Below are positions 12,791 through 25,772 of a stretch of DNA of 64,000 bases, piece by piece. Made by a program: the position numbers and the translations under genes. The first letter of the stretch is position 1. Each line of letters begins with the position of its first letter. The notes beneath the pieces were generated by a model. That model worked only from the letters and a program-made list of their open reading frames with translations. It searched no databases and was not told the origin of the DNA. Source of the stretch: Callorhinchus milii (taxonomy: Eukaryota); the NCBI RefSeq assembly GCF_018977255.1, contig NW_024704742.1, positions 98,148,001 through 98,212,000 on the forward strand, written 5' to 3'.

Positions 12791-13881
12791 CATATATTAC
12801 ACATTAAGATTACAGAGTCTCTTTACACTGTCACCTTATGTTTGATATTGTTCATTTCAAGAAACATTAGAGCAGGCTCTCAAGGCAGCATGCAGCAAAA
12901 GAATGGTGAAACCATATGAAAATTAGCAGTTCTCATCTCTGACTGTATTATCAATGGTAAAACATTGTCGTAGTTTGTAAATAGAACCATGTAAAACAAT
13001 ATACTGCACAATCCCCAATTCATAGTATCCAACTAGTTCAGCATCATCATAGAGCTCTACCTGCCTCAACACATGGAGCAGTATATCATTTAATATAATG
13101 CATTGTGAAACATTCTTAAAATCAGTTTACATTTGAAAGCCAATCCTTAAAAGGAACTGGCTTCCAAAATAAGACTGCATTTAAGAATTTTGCACAATTC
13201 TGCACCATCTCAAATTTTAGTTACTGCAGCTCTTATTTACTGCAATACAAGTACTTTAAGATCCTTTGATACAAAACAATGCCCTCTACTTACCAATAAC
13301 TTCAGTTTTCATTTTCTATTGACTTTGACACATTCTATCTTTAGGAACAGTAGGGTACTGTGACTGTCCCCCCCAACAGCCAATAATGATCCTGCTACAG
13401 CTACAGTACAGTAATAGCATTAAGAAGGAAGAATTATTGAAGAAATGGACTGTACCATTCATAAATTATAGATACAGGGGTGTCTTTTATCTTCAACACA
13501 TGGTCAGTGAACTTCTTCCCTTATCCTGGTCTGGTTCCAACAAAGGTCGGCTTTGTCAGACAATGCAAGTACGTTGAACAGAATTTTTACCCCCACCGAG
13601 TTTCAGACCTCACTGGGCATGAAACTGCCTCTGAGCTTTTTCAGCTGCTTGTATGAAAGCCACGTACAGGCATTTAATCTGCAGCATCTGCACAATTACA
13701 GTCCAGGTGAAAAGGTTCCTTATCTATTTAAAGTTCCACTGGCCATCCACTCAACGTCAGCGCTGTGCAATTTTATCAAATTTCGAAACAGAATCACAAT
13801 AATGTGGTGCTGATTGACAAAATTATCTTATCTTCATCTTCCCATCTACTAAAAATAATTCAATCTTTCAAGATTGTGTGT

Positions 13882-14075
13882 GTCAACCTGGCTCAGTTGG
13901 TAGCACTGTTACCTTTGAGTCAGAGGATTGTAGGTTCAAGCCCCACATCAGGTCTTGGAATTCACATAGTTTTGGCCAGCACTAATGCAGTGCTGGGAGT
14001 CTGCTGCATTGTTAGAAGTGCTGTTATTCAGATGAGACATTATACCAAGGCCCCATCTACCTGTTCAGTCGGAGT
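13882..14075 (+). mobile_element. DeuSINE-like element, 5' half
   Basis: tggctcagttggtagcact...aggttcaagcccc...ttcagatgagacattataccaaggccccatc. Confidence 0.75.
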
Positions 14076-14669
14076 ATACTGTTCAGTGGAGCGATTGTAT
14101 TTCTGGGTGAGCGCAGCTGCTAATTTGTCACATAGAGTCAAGAAGTCAATGAGCACTTTTTTTCTGGGGTATTGTTGGCCAGACAGGACACCAGGAGGAA
14201 CAATGCGGCACACCCCCAGCACTGCATTGGAGTGAACCCAAAATCTCTGACTCGGAGGCAATAGTGAGCCAGGGTGAGAATAATGATAATTATACACATA
14301 TACAGATTCTGCAAGGTATGTCCAAACAGGTTTCCGCATGTTCAGTTCAGCGATATAAATCCTAAACTGTAGATCTTACTGAACTCTTCTATATATAAAC
14401 TCATCCAAAAAAGCATCTTTAAAAAATGACTTATAACAACAACAAAATTACATTTATAGAGCGCCTTTCACATCAGGCAGACATCCCAAGGCACTGGAAA
14501 CTCACAAACCGTGACTCACTCATACTCGATTCGTATTATGTTAAATAGTATCTCATAACGTTTCACTTAGATCCACAGCCAGTGGAAACAGAACCGGACT
14601 GACTGGAGGACATGGCTCATCTAACTCCAAAATATTTTGCTTCTTCTGACTTCACAGGAGCCAAATATT

Positions 14670-14940
14670 CTGGCTTAGGTGAGTGCACTCTTGCCTCTGA
14701 GTCAGAAGATTATGAGTTCAAGTCCTACGTCTGGACTTGAACTCATATAGTCTTAAGCTGCCACTCCAGAAACAGTGCTGGGGATGTGCTGCAATGTTGC
14801 AGGTGCCGTCCTTTGGATGAAACGTTATCCGAGGTCCCGTCTGTCTGTTCAGGTGAACGTTAAAGATCCCAAAGCACTATTCGAAAAGAAAAGGGAGTTT
14901 CTTCCAGTGTCCTGGCCAATAATCTCCCAAAATAAATTTG
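14670..14940 (+). mobile_element. DeuSINE-like element
   Basis: ggtgccgtcctttggatgaaacgttatccgaggtcccgtctgtctgttcaggtgaacgttaaagatcccaaagcactattcgaa (Deu-like domain) after a tRNA-like head. Confidence 0.8.
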
Positions 14941-15834
14941 GTTCCACCAACCGCCATGAAGTGGAGGACCAATTTAATTTGGGATTTGTGGCACAGGACC
15001 CCTTTTCATGAAAAGTCCTCAAAAGTGATAAGTTGTAGACTTTCCTGCGATGATATTCTCGGGCGAATAATATCTTGTTCATGCAGACGTTCCAAAAGGA
15101 AATGGAATGAAGCGATCGAAAAGTTAATTGACAGATTTACATTAAATAACAGTGAAATACAAGCTTACATGGAAATACCCCAAGAGCCCACTGTGTTTTG
15201 AAGTTGCTATTCCTGGCTGATTTCCATTTCCCAAGATTCCCTTTGAGCACGCATGGTACATTTTTAAGCAGGAACTCTTGTAGATGGCCCTGGAAGTAGC
15301 TTTCTTTTATCGTTCTGCCAAACAGATGGGATGCTGCTCGCAGATCAAATGCTTTGTTATTTCTTTTGTTGACTTCAGTCAGCCCCCTCGAGAAGCAGCA
15401 AGACAATTCACTTTGAAAACTCTTTCAGTGAAGCTTCTGCTGGATGCATCTGCTGAACCGTACAGGAAATGGAATGATATTCTGCAAAAAATCGCAACCA
15501 ATTTTGGGCAGAGCGCAGTTACTTCGGGGGCTTGAACAGTGCATGTCATTAAGGAGACAAGCGATGTGCCTTTGATGTCTTCTGCTAAATACAGATGATT
15601 ATATCTCTCTCCACCAACAATTTAGCTTTTGAACCATGAGTGACTTCCATAGAAAATTTGGGTGCATAATTCTCTTCCTATTTTAAGTCAACGAGAATGG
15701 TGTTCAAAGCCACAAGACTGTTTTAGTATAGTCTGTATGAGACATTGTACAATGTATTCACTTTCTATATGTTACCTTGCTGATGTGCCACCTCTGTGAT
15801 CATACATTATGCAACCGAGCAGAGCTACAATGCT

Positions 15835-15871
15835 CACACACACACACACATATACACGCACACACATACAC
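15835..15871. repeat. (CA)n microsatellite, imperfect
   Basis: Seen directly. Confidence 0.9.
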
Positions 15872-16106
15872 GGTACTTCAAAGCACACCCTCCAGAGCTG
15901 ATCTTGCATTTTCAATTTATTTTTCGAAAAAATAATTTTATTTTTCGACCCCCAGGGAAGTCAGACACATATCTCCGGTAAAATTCCACAGAATAAGATG
16001 CACACCAGCTTTCTTATTCCCCGAATGTCAGTGAATTATAAGAACATCAATGTGGACTGAGGCAATGGTAACTCAAGCCCAATCCCTGATCATGTCGAGT
16101 TTACCG

Positions 16107-16230
16107 TTATAATAATAATAATCCTTGCATTTGATATAGTGCCTTATCACGTCTTTGAGCCATATCAAAGCGCTTCACAGAATATACTGTAAAGTGAATT
16201 GACTGTATATTTTGTGGGCGAAACGCTCTG
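16107..16230 (-). mobile_element. Young SINE 3' fragment
   Basis: (TAA)n-tccttgcatttgatatag...gtaaagtgaattgactgtatattttgtgggcgaaacgc. Confidence 0.8.
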
Positions 16231-16334
16231 TACATCTCATCAAAATACTACTAATAATAATCCTCATACTGCACAACACTATGGACATCACTTGATGTAA
16301 CCTTAGGGCAAGGATTATTATTATTATTATTAAA

Positions 16335-16625
16335 ACTGCCTGCTCCCTTGGCTCAATGGGCATGGACCTGTTGCTTGTCCCCCAATCCCTCCGCGCCACC
16401 ATCAGTGCCCGAGCCTTCAGTCTCTATGGAATTTCCTGCCTCAATCCCTTTACCTTGCCCTCTCTTTACTTTTAAATCCCACCTTGAGACTTATCTCTTT
16501 GAGCACACCTATAGTTACCTCTCAATCCTCTCCCCCACCCCATTCGGTGACCAATTTTATATTGTGCATGCTGTAGGATGCTGCCCTGCATGAAAGGTGC
16601 TGTATAAATGAAAAATATTGTTGTT
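16335..16625 (+). mobile_element. Degraded L2 3' end
   Basis: Translates ...FTFKSHLETYLF; tail tgaaaggtgctgtataaatg...ttgttgttg. Confidence 0.7.
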
Positions 16626-18277
16626 GATGCATTTGATACTGTACCTATAATGTTGAAAATTTCTCAAAGAACTTCACAATATTTTTGAAAACTATATTGA
16701 CTGTGTATTTGTAGGAAAACTCAGCAGTTAATTTGCGCATAGGAATATCTAACCAACAGCCACTGATCAATTTTTGGTCTGCCTGATTATTGGCCACGAC
16801 ACTGGGAGAAACTCTTCTTTTTGCGTGATTTCAAGTTTATTGCCTCATCCAAAGGACGGATATATAGTTTGCCTCTTTTGCACTGTAATGCCATTGTTTC
16901 ATGCAATAGAAAGAGGGCTAAATAAAGGTGTATTAAGATCTACCTGTAACAATAAGTTGTCAAGCTTGTGTATGTGTAATATATTGTCACATGCAGTCAA
17001 CAGTGAGGGTTGGGTTGTCCATTACATCTGGGAGAATTTGTATTTTTTTATTGTTTTTCAAATTTCTCTTACTCTCCCCTGGGAGATTAATAGGGGACAG
17101 TAAGAGAGATTTGATAAACAATGCAAAGGTGTTCTGTGGTCATTGTTTCAGAGATGATGGCTAAGTTATTTCACAGCAAATTGAATCAGTCCTTTGAAAC
17201 TTCCCGAAACTTGAATCAATGATTCGTTCAAAGGGCTGTTTTTCAGATTTCTCCCAGAAGTAATGGATGTTCTCCCTTCCCTCTTCCACCCCCGCTCCGT
17301 TAACTGCATGTAACAATGTTTTTCTGCTATGTTTTCTTAAAAATGCTTTATCCGGAGAGGCCAAAAGATCTCTAAACGTATCACTTAGCAAAGCAGATTA
17401 TGAGTAAACATTCCGTTCTTTCTGTTTTGTTTAATTCTTTTACTTATTACTTTTAAAGTCTGTGTATATAAATCTATATAGTATATATAAATACCATCAT
17501 ACGATTTGTATAGAATTTGAAATTATAAAATTATTTTTAATTGGTAAAGCTGGTGTGATTGCTGATATATTTCCATCCTTATTTTGTGGAGACTCGGGTT
17601 TGATTGTCTATATTTGCTGCTGTTTTATTGTCAGCCTGAGCTTGATCGTTTGCACATAAGGAGCGAAGCCTTGTGCAGCTGAAATTTATAGTAAGAAAGG
17701 GGCTACTGAGGTCACTAGATAAGAGATAAGCCAGACGATTGTAGACCTGTGACACTACCATATTAAGATTTTTTTTGACAGGTGTTAAAGCTCTCAGGGT
17801 TTCCCAGCCACCAACATATCCACAATAAGGTATCTGTGACTCCTTTTACACTGATATATTATGCAGCAATTTTAAAGGATTTTTTTTCAATGGTACAGAG
17901 ATTAAAGAAGGGATGAAGGGATCTGTAAAACTCTGAAAGGTTTTGAGAGGATAAATAGTGAAAAATAATTCTTGTTCGTGGGTGCATTTGTAAAAAGAGG
18001 GCAAAAGTTTAGAATTGTTACTGGTTATAATTTTTTGGTGCAGAGGGTATTTAGATGATGAATGCTTTGTCACAAGTGGTTATTGATGCTAAGACCATGA
18101 TGAGGTTTATAAAGTAATTGAAATACATATATCATTGGCATCTTGGCTGCCCCGCTCGCTCACAAAATGCAGTTACACAGAATATTCTGTGAAGCACTTT
18201 GAGACGCATTGAATAAGGCACTATGTAAAATGAAACAAAAATCTTTATTATTATGATAAGAAACAATACAAGCTGCA

Positions 18278-18637
18278 GGTCCCCCTACCTACCTGCCCGT
18301 ACCCTCCGTTCCTCTGGCTCCGGTCTGCTCCACATCCCCCGCCCCAACCGCCCTTCAGCCGGGCCTTCAGCTTCTCAGCCCCGAGGCTCTGGAACTCTAT
18401 CATCCAGTGCCTTCGCCGCCTCCTCCCTTTCCTCCTTTACGGCCGGTCTCAAGACCTTTCTCTTCGACCGTGTCTTCAGCTCCCCTCTCGACTCTCTACC
18501 CCCTCCTCGCTCCCTCCCTTCCCTCACCCTGACCATTTCCCCCCTGCTCGGGTCCTGACCCAACTGTACAGCGTCTTGGGACGTCCTCCCGACGTGGAAG
18601 GCGCTCTATAAATGCAATCTTGTTGTTGTTGTTGTTG
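18278..18637 (+). mobile_element. Relatively young L2 3' fragment
   Basis: Translates PYLPARTLRSSGSGLLHIPR...F.AGLKTFLF; tail gcgtcttgggacgtcctcccgacgtggaaggcgctctataaatgcaatc(ttg)n. Confidence 0.9.
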
Positions 18638-19897
18638 TAGATGTGCATGGGGAAAGAATAGAAAATTGAAATATGAGTGTACAGTTTCAATGAAGGAGCT
18701 AACACAGCAAAGACTGTACATTCTACTTCTGTAGTTTCTTTTATTCCATAGAAACTAAAATTAGCTCACTCGGGGTATGGTCATGGGTGGTTTTGACGCT
18801 GAACTGTTTGCTTGCCTTTTTTAATTCCAAGTCCTGTTTCGCCTTTTTGGAGTAAAGTTGCCAATTCATGGGCTAAAAATAGAGACAGTCTTATTAATAA
18901 ATAGTCTATACAATGTAACACACTTGCTCAGCTGTACACATATTACTGGAGCCCTTTAAACCACTTATTTTATATTTTTGTTGCCGGCTCCAATTATGAA
19001 ATACCTCACAGACAATGAGAAAATACGTTATCACAGAAGTAAATCTGATTGCAGATCAGTCAGTAATTTTAGGATGATGGGGACTTTCTGGGGGAACAGC
19101 ACAATACTTAATCTTCACTCGCACCAGCTATCGTCAGCCACCTAATTATTATTTGCTGTCAATGTGAAAGACAATTTTCCCCTCAGCATCTTTTAATGAT
19201 TTGTATGTGCAGCAGCTAGCAGGATTGCATTAAACACCAATGGTGGGATTGAAGATAAACATATGAGCTGTAAATTAATATATGGGCTAAAAGTGATAAC
19301 TAACCACTGCTGATTGGAACAAAAAGATGTTTTTTAAAGGCTCAGAGCCACTTATACTGACTGTGGGACATTAAATCTCAATCACCTTTTTCATTAGAAG
19401 CTCCGCAGCAATTTCTTTTCAGATTTTCTCAGGAGTAACAGTCCTCTGGGGAACCGATTCTCCTACAGATTTCATCTTTTCTTAATCTTACTCAAGTCCA
19501 ACTGTCAGACACACTATAATTCCAGACAAATATTGCTTTTTTGTGTGTTTGTGCTTGTTTGCGCTGTTGTAACCCACTCTGTGTGTTATCTTTCTATGTG
19601 GGGAAATATAGCTGTGAGTTTTAAAATACTAAGTCAGTAAAATTTCACTTTGGTTAACGGAATAACTTTGTGAGAAGGTTGGATAGTCACAGAGGCAAAG
19701 AACCAGACAAACACACAGGAAAGAATCAGAGAACACATTAATACAGAGGGATGTGGGGGTGGGGAGAAAGACAGAGAGTGAGAGAACAAGTGAGAGATAA
19801 AATCAAAATGCAAGTATTATGATTAAAGATATTGGGAATTAGTCCATTCTTGTTGGTTAACATAGCGACTTTTTGCAGTAAGTATATTATCATATAA

Positions 19898-20211
19898 CAA
19901 TAGTAATAATCCTTGCATTTGATATAGCGCTTTTCACGTCGGGAGGACATCCCAAAGCGCTTCACAGAACACACTGTAAAGTGAATTGACTGTATATTTG
20001 TGGGCGAACGCGGCAGCCAATTGCGCACAGCAATGTCCCACAAACAGTCGTGGATTGAAAATGACCAATTTATTATTGTTTTTGGTTTTGGAGGGATTAT
20101 TATTAGGCGTGTGGAGTAAGGAAACTTGCCCAAGGTTTTGCCCTGCCTGGAATTGAACTCAGGTCTCTCACTTGCAAAGCGAGTGCTCTAACCACTGAGC
20201 TACAGGACTCC
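19898..20211 (-). mobile_element. Young tRNA-Ala-derived SINE, short form, full length
   Basis: Head GGAGTCCTGTAGCTCAGTGGTTAGAGCACTCGCTTTGCAAG...GTTCAATTCC, (ATT)n-like tail, possible target-site duplication ATATAA on both sides. Confidence 0.92.
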
Positions 20212-20790
20212 ATATAATCATACAGCACAGAAGGAGGCCATTCGACCCATCGTGTCTGTGCTGGCTCTTTGAATAGAACTATCCAAATCAATCCCACTCT
20301 CCCACTCTCTCCCCATAGCCCTGCAATCTTGTCCTCCCCAAATAATTATCTACTTCTCTCTTAAAAGTTGTTATCGAATCGATCTTCTATCACCCTTTCA
20401 GGCAATGCATTCCAGATCCGAACAACTCAATAATAAGGATTATTATTATTTAACTCGCTGTCTGAAAAAATTTCTCCTCACCTCCTGTTTCTTTTAACAA
20501 CTATTTTAAATCAGTGTCCTTGGGTTTCTTCTTGTTCACCCTATCGAATCCCCTCATAATTCTGAAAACTTCTATTAAGTCTCCTCTTAACCTTCTCTGC
20601 TCCGAGGAGAATAATCCTAGTTTCTCTAGCCTCTTCTGATAAATGAAGTCCCTCATTCCTAGTACCATCCTGGTAAATCTCCTTTTCACTCTCTCCAATG
20701 CCTTGATATTCTTCCTAAAGTGTGGTGTCCAGAACTGAACACAGTACTCTAGCTATGGCCTAACTAGTGTTTTATAAAGGTTCATCATAA
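20212..20790 (-). mobile_element. CR1 LINE 3' fragment (ORF2 C-terminus and 3' UTR)
   Basis: ERVKRRFTRMV.GM....Y.KRLEKLGLFS.EQRRLRGDLIEVFRIMRGFDRVN is the classic CR1 C-terminal motif. Confidence 0.92.
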
Positions 20791-23089
20791 CATAATATTA
20801 TAATCTGCTTGTTGGTAAATTAATCAGCCATTGGTAATATGAACTTGGAAAGAGAAAACCCTGATACAGATATCAAAGCCTGAAATATTATAGGTGGCAA
20901 TAGTTCAGAATACAGATATGAACTTTGAGTTCTTTCTGAACGCTTATTGCCTAATGTGTTTGACATGCTCTGCCCAGGCAAAGGCTTTTCGTACACCATC
21001 TAGGAGGGAGAGAATTGAAAGTGTGGGGATTTCTAAAGAGAGTGAGAATTGTCAAATTAGAGCAGAACGGAGGCCTGAAGGTGTGCACTTGCACCGTTAA
21101 CTGTGGAAAATAATTATCACTCTGTGAGAAACCTGATAGTAACACGTTAATGGGTGCGGCTTTTTGTGGCAGGGATGTCAGCTGAAATGCAGGAACGAAT
21201 CTGCATACAGTAGTACATAATGGTCAGCTGTAAAAAAATATTAATGCGGTCACTTGATCTGTAACTGTTTGTGGGATGCTGCTGTGCGCTCTGAGATGTC
21301 TCGATGACATGATAAGGCAGTATATCAAATGCAAGTATTATTATTATGAGCCACTGACATTCTTTTCCTGAGCACATGACATGAACCCCATGGCAGAATT
21401 AGAACACACCAAGTACGGTAATGGCACAGATGGACACATTGAGAGTAAGGATGGTCCTCAGTAAGAGACCACAGGCAACTGCAGGTATCATCCAGCCTGG
21501 AAGCTGCTTTTGAAGTGGACTTCGTGGACTATGTTAGTCGCACATCTTATCTCAGCATAATGGAAATATGACCAAGCAAATGCTTGAAGTGCACAGCACA
21601 GCAACAGTTAATTGCCCTTATCATCTTCCCACCACTTCCCTAGTCCTCCACCCCTCCTGAATCCAGCCTGCAACTTGGGTGCAAGCCTTTCACTGTCCAG
21701 CATCTTAGGACATCAAAGGCACTATATAAATGCAATTTGTTGTTGGTGTTACAGTGGTCATTGTCTGCCTAGCTGTTGCAAACATTGTGAACACAGTTGG
21801 TTAACTAGGTATGAAGCAACAAGATATCGTAGCTTTTTGACAAACCCATATGCAGGTCTGTCGCCCTTACCCTGCAGACCTACTTTCTTTAAACATGAGC
21901 ACCAGTGTCATTCTTCTGTGCATCCCTCTTACTGCCCTTTGCTTCTCTTCTATCGTATACTGAGCCAGACTGGTTCATGCACTCATTGTGATTCGAGGGC
22001 AAAAAGAGTTATCAAAGACAGAAATGCTATGCAAATTGTACTGTAGTGAACAGAAACATTGCCCATGCTTCTCAGCGATGCCAGCCAAAAGCTTGCGGTT
22101 CGAACACTACCAAAGACTGCTAGGAGAGGAGCAGAGAATCCCTTGTCAACCGTATACCTCACCATTGATGAGTGCATAATTGTCATTGGAGTCCAAGCTG
22201 CAGTACAACAACTTAGTCATTTTTTTAAATAGCAGAGAATCTGACATGAGCAGTTCATGTCAATGTTCTATTCTGTGGTTCACTTTGTGCTTTGTGTCTC
22301 TCCTCCACCCCCCAATCCATACTTACCAGGTGATAAATAGCCTTCATGGTTTCTAAAATAGAACAGATCAGTGGAAACACAACCTCAGCACTGCAGGTAG
22401 CAGCGCCTGTTAAAGAGGAGCATATTGAGCTCACGTTGTAACTGGCTTCGATCAGATACGTTCATTGTAACACTACTGCCCTAATGAGGTTTGAGTTCCA
22501 ATAAAATAAATGAGCTTCAGTGAAATGTGTAGCCTTGTTTTACATCACCACAGTAACCAGTGTGTTTGAGCTACGGTTCTTGAAACACTAACTTATCAAT
22601 TTCATGATCAATTTAACAATTCTAATTGTTTAATTGGAGTTTAAAATGGAGAAACACTTAATTAATTCCAATGCTGTTACTTTCCAATCAATCATTTGCT
22701 GCAACGTACACTGTTTCAGGCTGTTGATGCTGCTTTGTCCATTTGGTACATTGCACTCTGAGCGCATCAGTGTCTCCAGCTCTTATGGAAACATGTGCCT
22801 TCCTTTTCATTTAAACTGGGTTTTCTCTCTCCACCTCCTCTCTCTGCCCAGCTGAGTTCATGCTGTATATGGTACAAACAAAATTAAGATTCTATTCCAT
22901 TGCTGTGAATTTGAACCCTCTGTTTGCAATAGGTCAGCATTTGCTTGCCACGTTTTATTCTTGTCCATGTACCTTTGAACTTCTGTTTTATTCCATCTAA
23001 TGTGTACATTGCCCAAACCTTTCCTTTAGTCTTTGACCACTGGCCACACATAAATTCTGCTCACCTTCGCCAGCTCCTCCATCTGTTTC

Positions 23090-23580
23090 AAGTTCCATGT
23101 TAGAAAGGATTTATCGAAGGAGGTGGAGGCTAGGATGTTGGGACTCACTTAAAAAAACAGAAGAATGATAGTATGGGTGGTTATTCTGGATGCCTGAGAT
23201 CAAACAGGGCGAAGGGCCTTCTTCATCCAAACCAATTTTGCAATATTGTGAATCAATCACCTGACCTTCAAGCTTGCTACTTTTCTTGTTTCATTGGTGG
23301 TGGACTAAATTTTTTTAATTTTAGCATTGTTTTCAGATATGCCAAGACAGCAGGATTAAATGGTCCAGGTTTTGAGTTGTCTGGGGTAATATCAGGGTAA
23401 ACACCAAGAACTATTTTTTATGCAGACATTACTTAATTACCAGGAAGGGTGGTACAGGCCAGGGCACTGAGCCCATTTAACAAAGTGCTTAAACTTGTCA
23501 TGGGAAGATGGCATTCTGGAAGGATGAGACCAAATGGGTCAAATGGCTTCCTTCATCTGAATCTCTCTTGTGATCTGGTG
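23090..23580 (+). mobile_element. Two degraded CR1 3' end remnants
   Basis: gaaggaggtggaggc...gagatcaaacagggcgaagggccttcttcatc and ccaggaagggtggtacaggc...gatgagaccaaatgggtcaaatggcttccttcatc. Confidence 0.6.
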
Positions 23581-24802
23581 ACTATCACCATCCTTCACTA
23601 TTCATTTGCTTCACAGTTTTTTCTCGAATTGTTTTTCTCAATACTTTTTTTTATTTGCCGGAGAATACTTATAAGGTTCAGTTTGCACACCCTTATTTTC
23701 TTTCCTCTTTGATGTTTTCAACCAACTTTTATGCCACAATCGGCACTTTTTCAATTCTTGTGCTCTTGGGTGTTCAAAGTTCTTTTGATGGAGAATCAAT
23801 GCCAAACCAAAGTTACAAGGTCTAAATTCAGCAGGACTATTACCAGAAAGAGAAAAAAAAACAAGGGAGGGGGTCAGAAGAAATGTTTGTTACAATGTGG
23901 AATGCCTTACCAAATTCCCTTTCAAATGCCTTAAGGCCAAAACTAATATTAATTGAATGGTAGCAGGGGAATGGAATTGTAGTGGATAGCTCCAGTGATG
24001 GGGGAAGGGGAGAGAGTAGCTGGCACCAGTAGAGAACTATGGCCTCTTTCTATAAACAATCCACATGTCCCTCCTATTTCTTTGGCTAGTTCTCTCCATT
24101 CATCCATTGATTGGAAGTGTGCTTTGCTTGGATAAACCTTGACACATACACAGTTAGCGGTGGGTACCTGTAATAGACAGCCAACCACTAGGGATTTGGC
24201 TTCAGATTTTTCCATTAACCACGTGTCACTTTAAATAGGTGATGGCCAGTGGGGAAAACTTCAAAATTATCGTTAGTGATGCCTATTTGTAAAATAGAAA
24301 TAATCCACTGGGATGAGCAATTCAAAATCCCCCTCTGTGTTGTAGTCAAAAGGACTACTCCACTTTCCCCAATGTGCATCTCAAGAATTTCATCATCCCT
24401 TTTTTTTCTTTCAGATGCTGATTGACTTGTTTTGTATTTTGAACCTATTTCTGGAATAGTCATTAATAATTAATAAATACTAATCTAGAAAGAGCCAATA
24501 GAAAAGTGTGGACATTTTTGCAAAAAAAAATGGGGCGCTTTGCAGGTCTTGCGGAGGTCTTTGCTAGATTTTGTGGGGGAATTGCGGGAGTTGATTGGTG
24601 CTATTAAGGTACATTTTACTGCTACATTTTTTACTTTATTGATAAAAACAAAACATAAGGAAATTACGCATATTAGATTTTGCAAAAAAAATTAATTGCT
24701 TCTTTAACAAAAACTGGGTGGTCATTTTTTTCCCTTGAGAGGGAACATCAGCGAGGCTACCTGGAGCTCACCACCCCCTGCCTTTCAGGCCCGGCACTGC
24801 AC

Positions 24803-24897
24803 ATGGACACAGACCCAGAGAGAGAGAGACACACACACGCACTCTCAGAGACAGAGACACACACTTAGAGACAGACATACAAACACTCACAGACACA
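24803..24897. repeat. GA/CA compound simple repeat
   Basis: Seen directly. Confidence 0.85.
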
Positions 24898-25177
24898 GGA
24901 GTCCTGTAGCTCAGTGGTTAGAGCACTCGCCTTGCGAGCGAGACACCTGGGTTCAATTCCAGACAGGGCGAAACCTTGGGCAAGTTTCCTTACTCCACAC
25001 GCCTAATAATAATCCCTCCAAAACAAAAACAATAATAAATTGGTCATTTTCAATCCACGACTGCTTGTGGGACACTGCTGTGCGAAATTGGCTGCCACGT
25101 TTCACCCACAAATATACAGTCAATTCACTTCACAGCATATTCTGTGAAGCGCTTTGAGATGTCTAGAAGACGTGAAA
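24898..25177 (+). mobile_element. Young tRNA-Ala-derived SINE, short form, 3' tail missing
   Basis: Intact head with A and B boxes; body near-identical to other copies. Confidence 0.92.
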
Positions 25178-25399
25178 CTCCACATTAACTGCATTCGCTG
25201 TCCACGTGATAATTATTACAAAACACATTTTTCGCTTTGAGATGTTTCAATATTATAGGCACTATACCAAATGCAAGGGCTATTGTTATTATCCAGGTGC
25301 GAGTCTGACAGTGACAGCAGGCTTTTCCATTGCAAAAGACATTGCAGCCATTCCCAAATCTATCCTTGTACAGATGTCCATTGTCCACACAGCACAAGA

Positions 25400-25625
25400 T
25401 ATGGGGGGGGGTGGGTGGGAAGTTTCTGAATAATGAACGTGAAGGGGAATACTGGTTGATTTTCCTCTCGTGAAGTTATGCCCAGCTGAGGCCAACTGCA
25501 GTGACCCAGTTGCTGTCCAGCTGAGATCAATTACCTCAGCACAAACTGGGGGAATCCAACCTGGGATTTTCCCAATTGCACAATTTAATTACTCTATGAA
25601 TACTCACTGAGCCAATGGAGCAGCT
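25400..25625 (-). mobile_element. Ancient interspersed repeat (SINE-like), related to 26420-26700 (+) and 49300-49510 (-)
   Basis: Reverse complement gctgag..tgatctcagc...ttggcctcagc...gaaaatcaaccag aligns loosely with gctgag..tgttctcaacc...ttggcctctgc...aaatcagctg at 26440-26530. Confidence 0.5.
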
Positions 25626-25772
25626 GTACTGCAGTTTTAAAATCCTACAAAAGGCACAGGGGAAACTGTGATAATCATCACTGGGATAGAGAATGCTGTT
25701 AGAATGTGTTCTTACAACCGATTTTTAATGACAGGTTTAGGAGAGACTACATCCTCCCCTGACATCAGTAGT

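Noticed and set aside
19738..20133. Recurring ORFs with DCLWD.AVRNWLP (also 24735, 31703, 52763, 54906)
   Set aside because: Translations of the same non-coding SINE, not a protein family.
22327..22347. ATG-initiated micro-exon with strong donor CTG|GTAAGT on the minus strand
   Set aside because: Ends in phase 0, incompatible with the phase-1 acceptor at 8492. The compatible frame has a stop and no ATG.
24898..24972. tRNA-Ala(TGC)-like cloverleaf, also at the heads of the other young SINE copies
   Set aside because: Each runs directly into a shared SINE body and tail, and copies carry independent mutations including in the anticodon loop. These are SINE heads, not tRNA genes.
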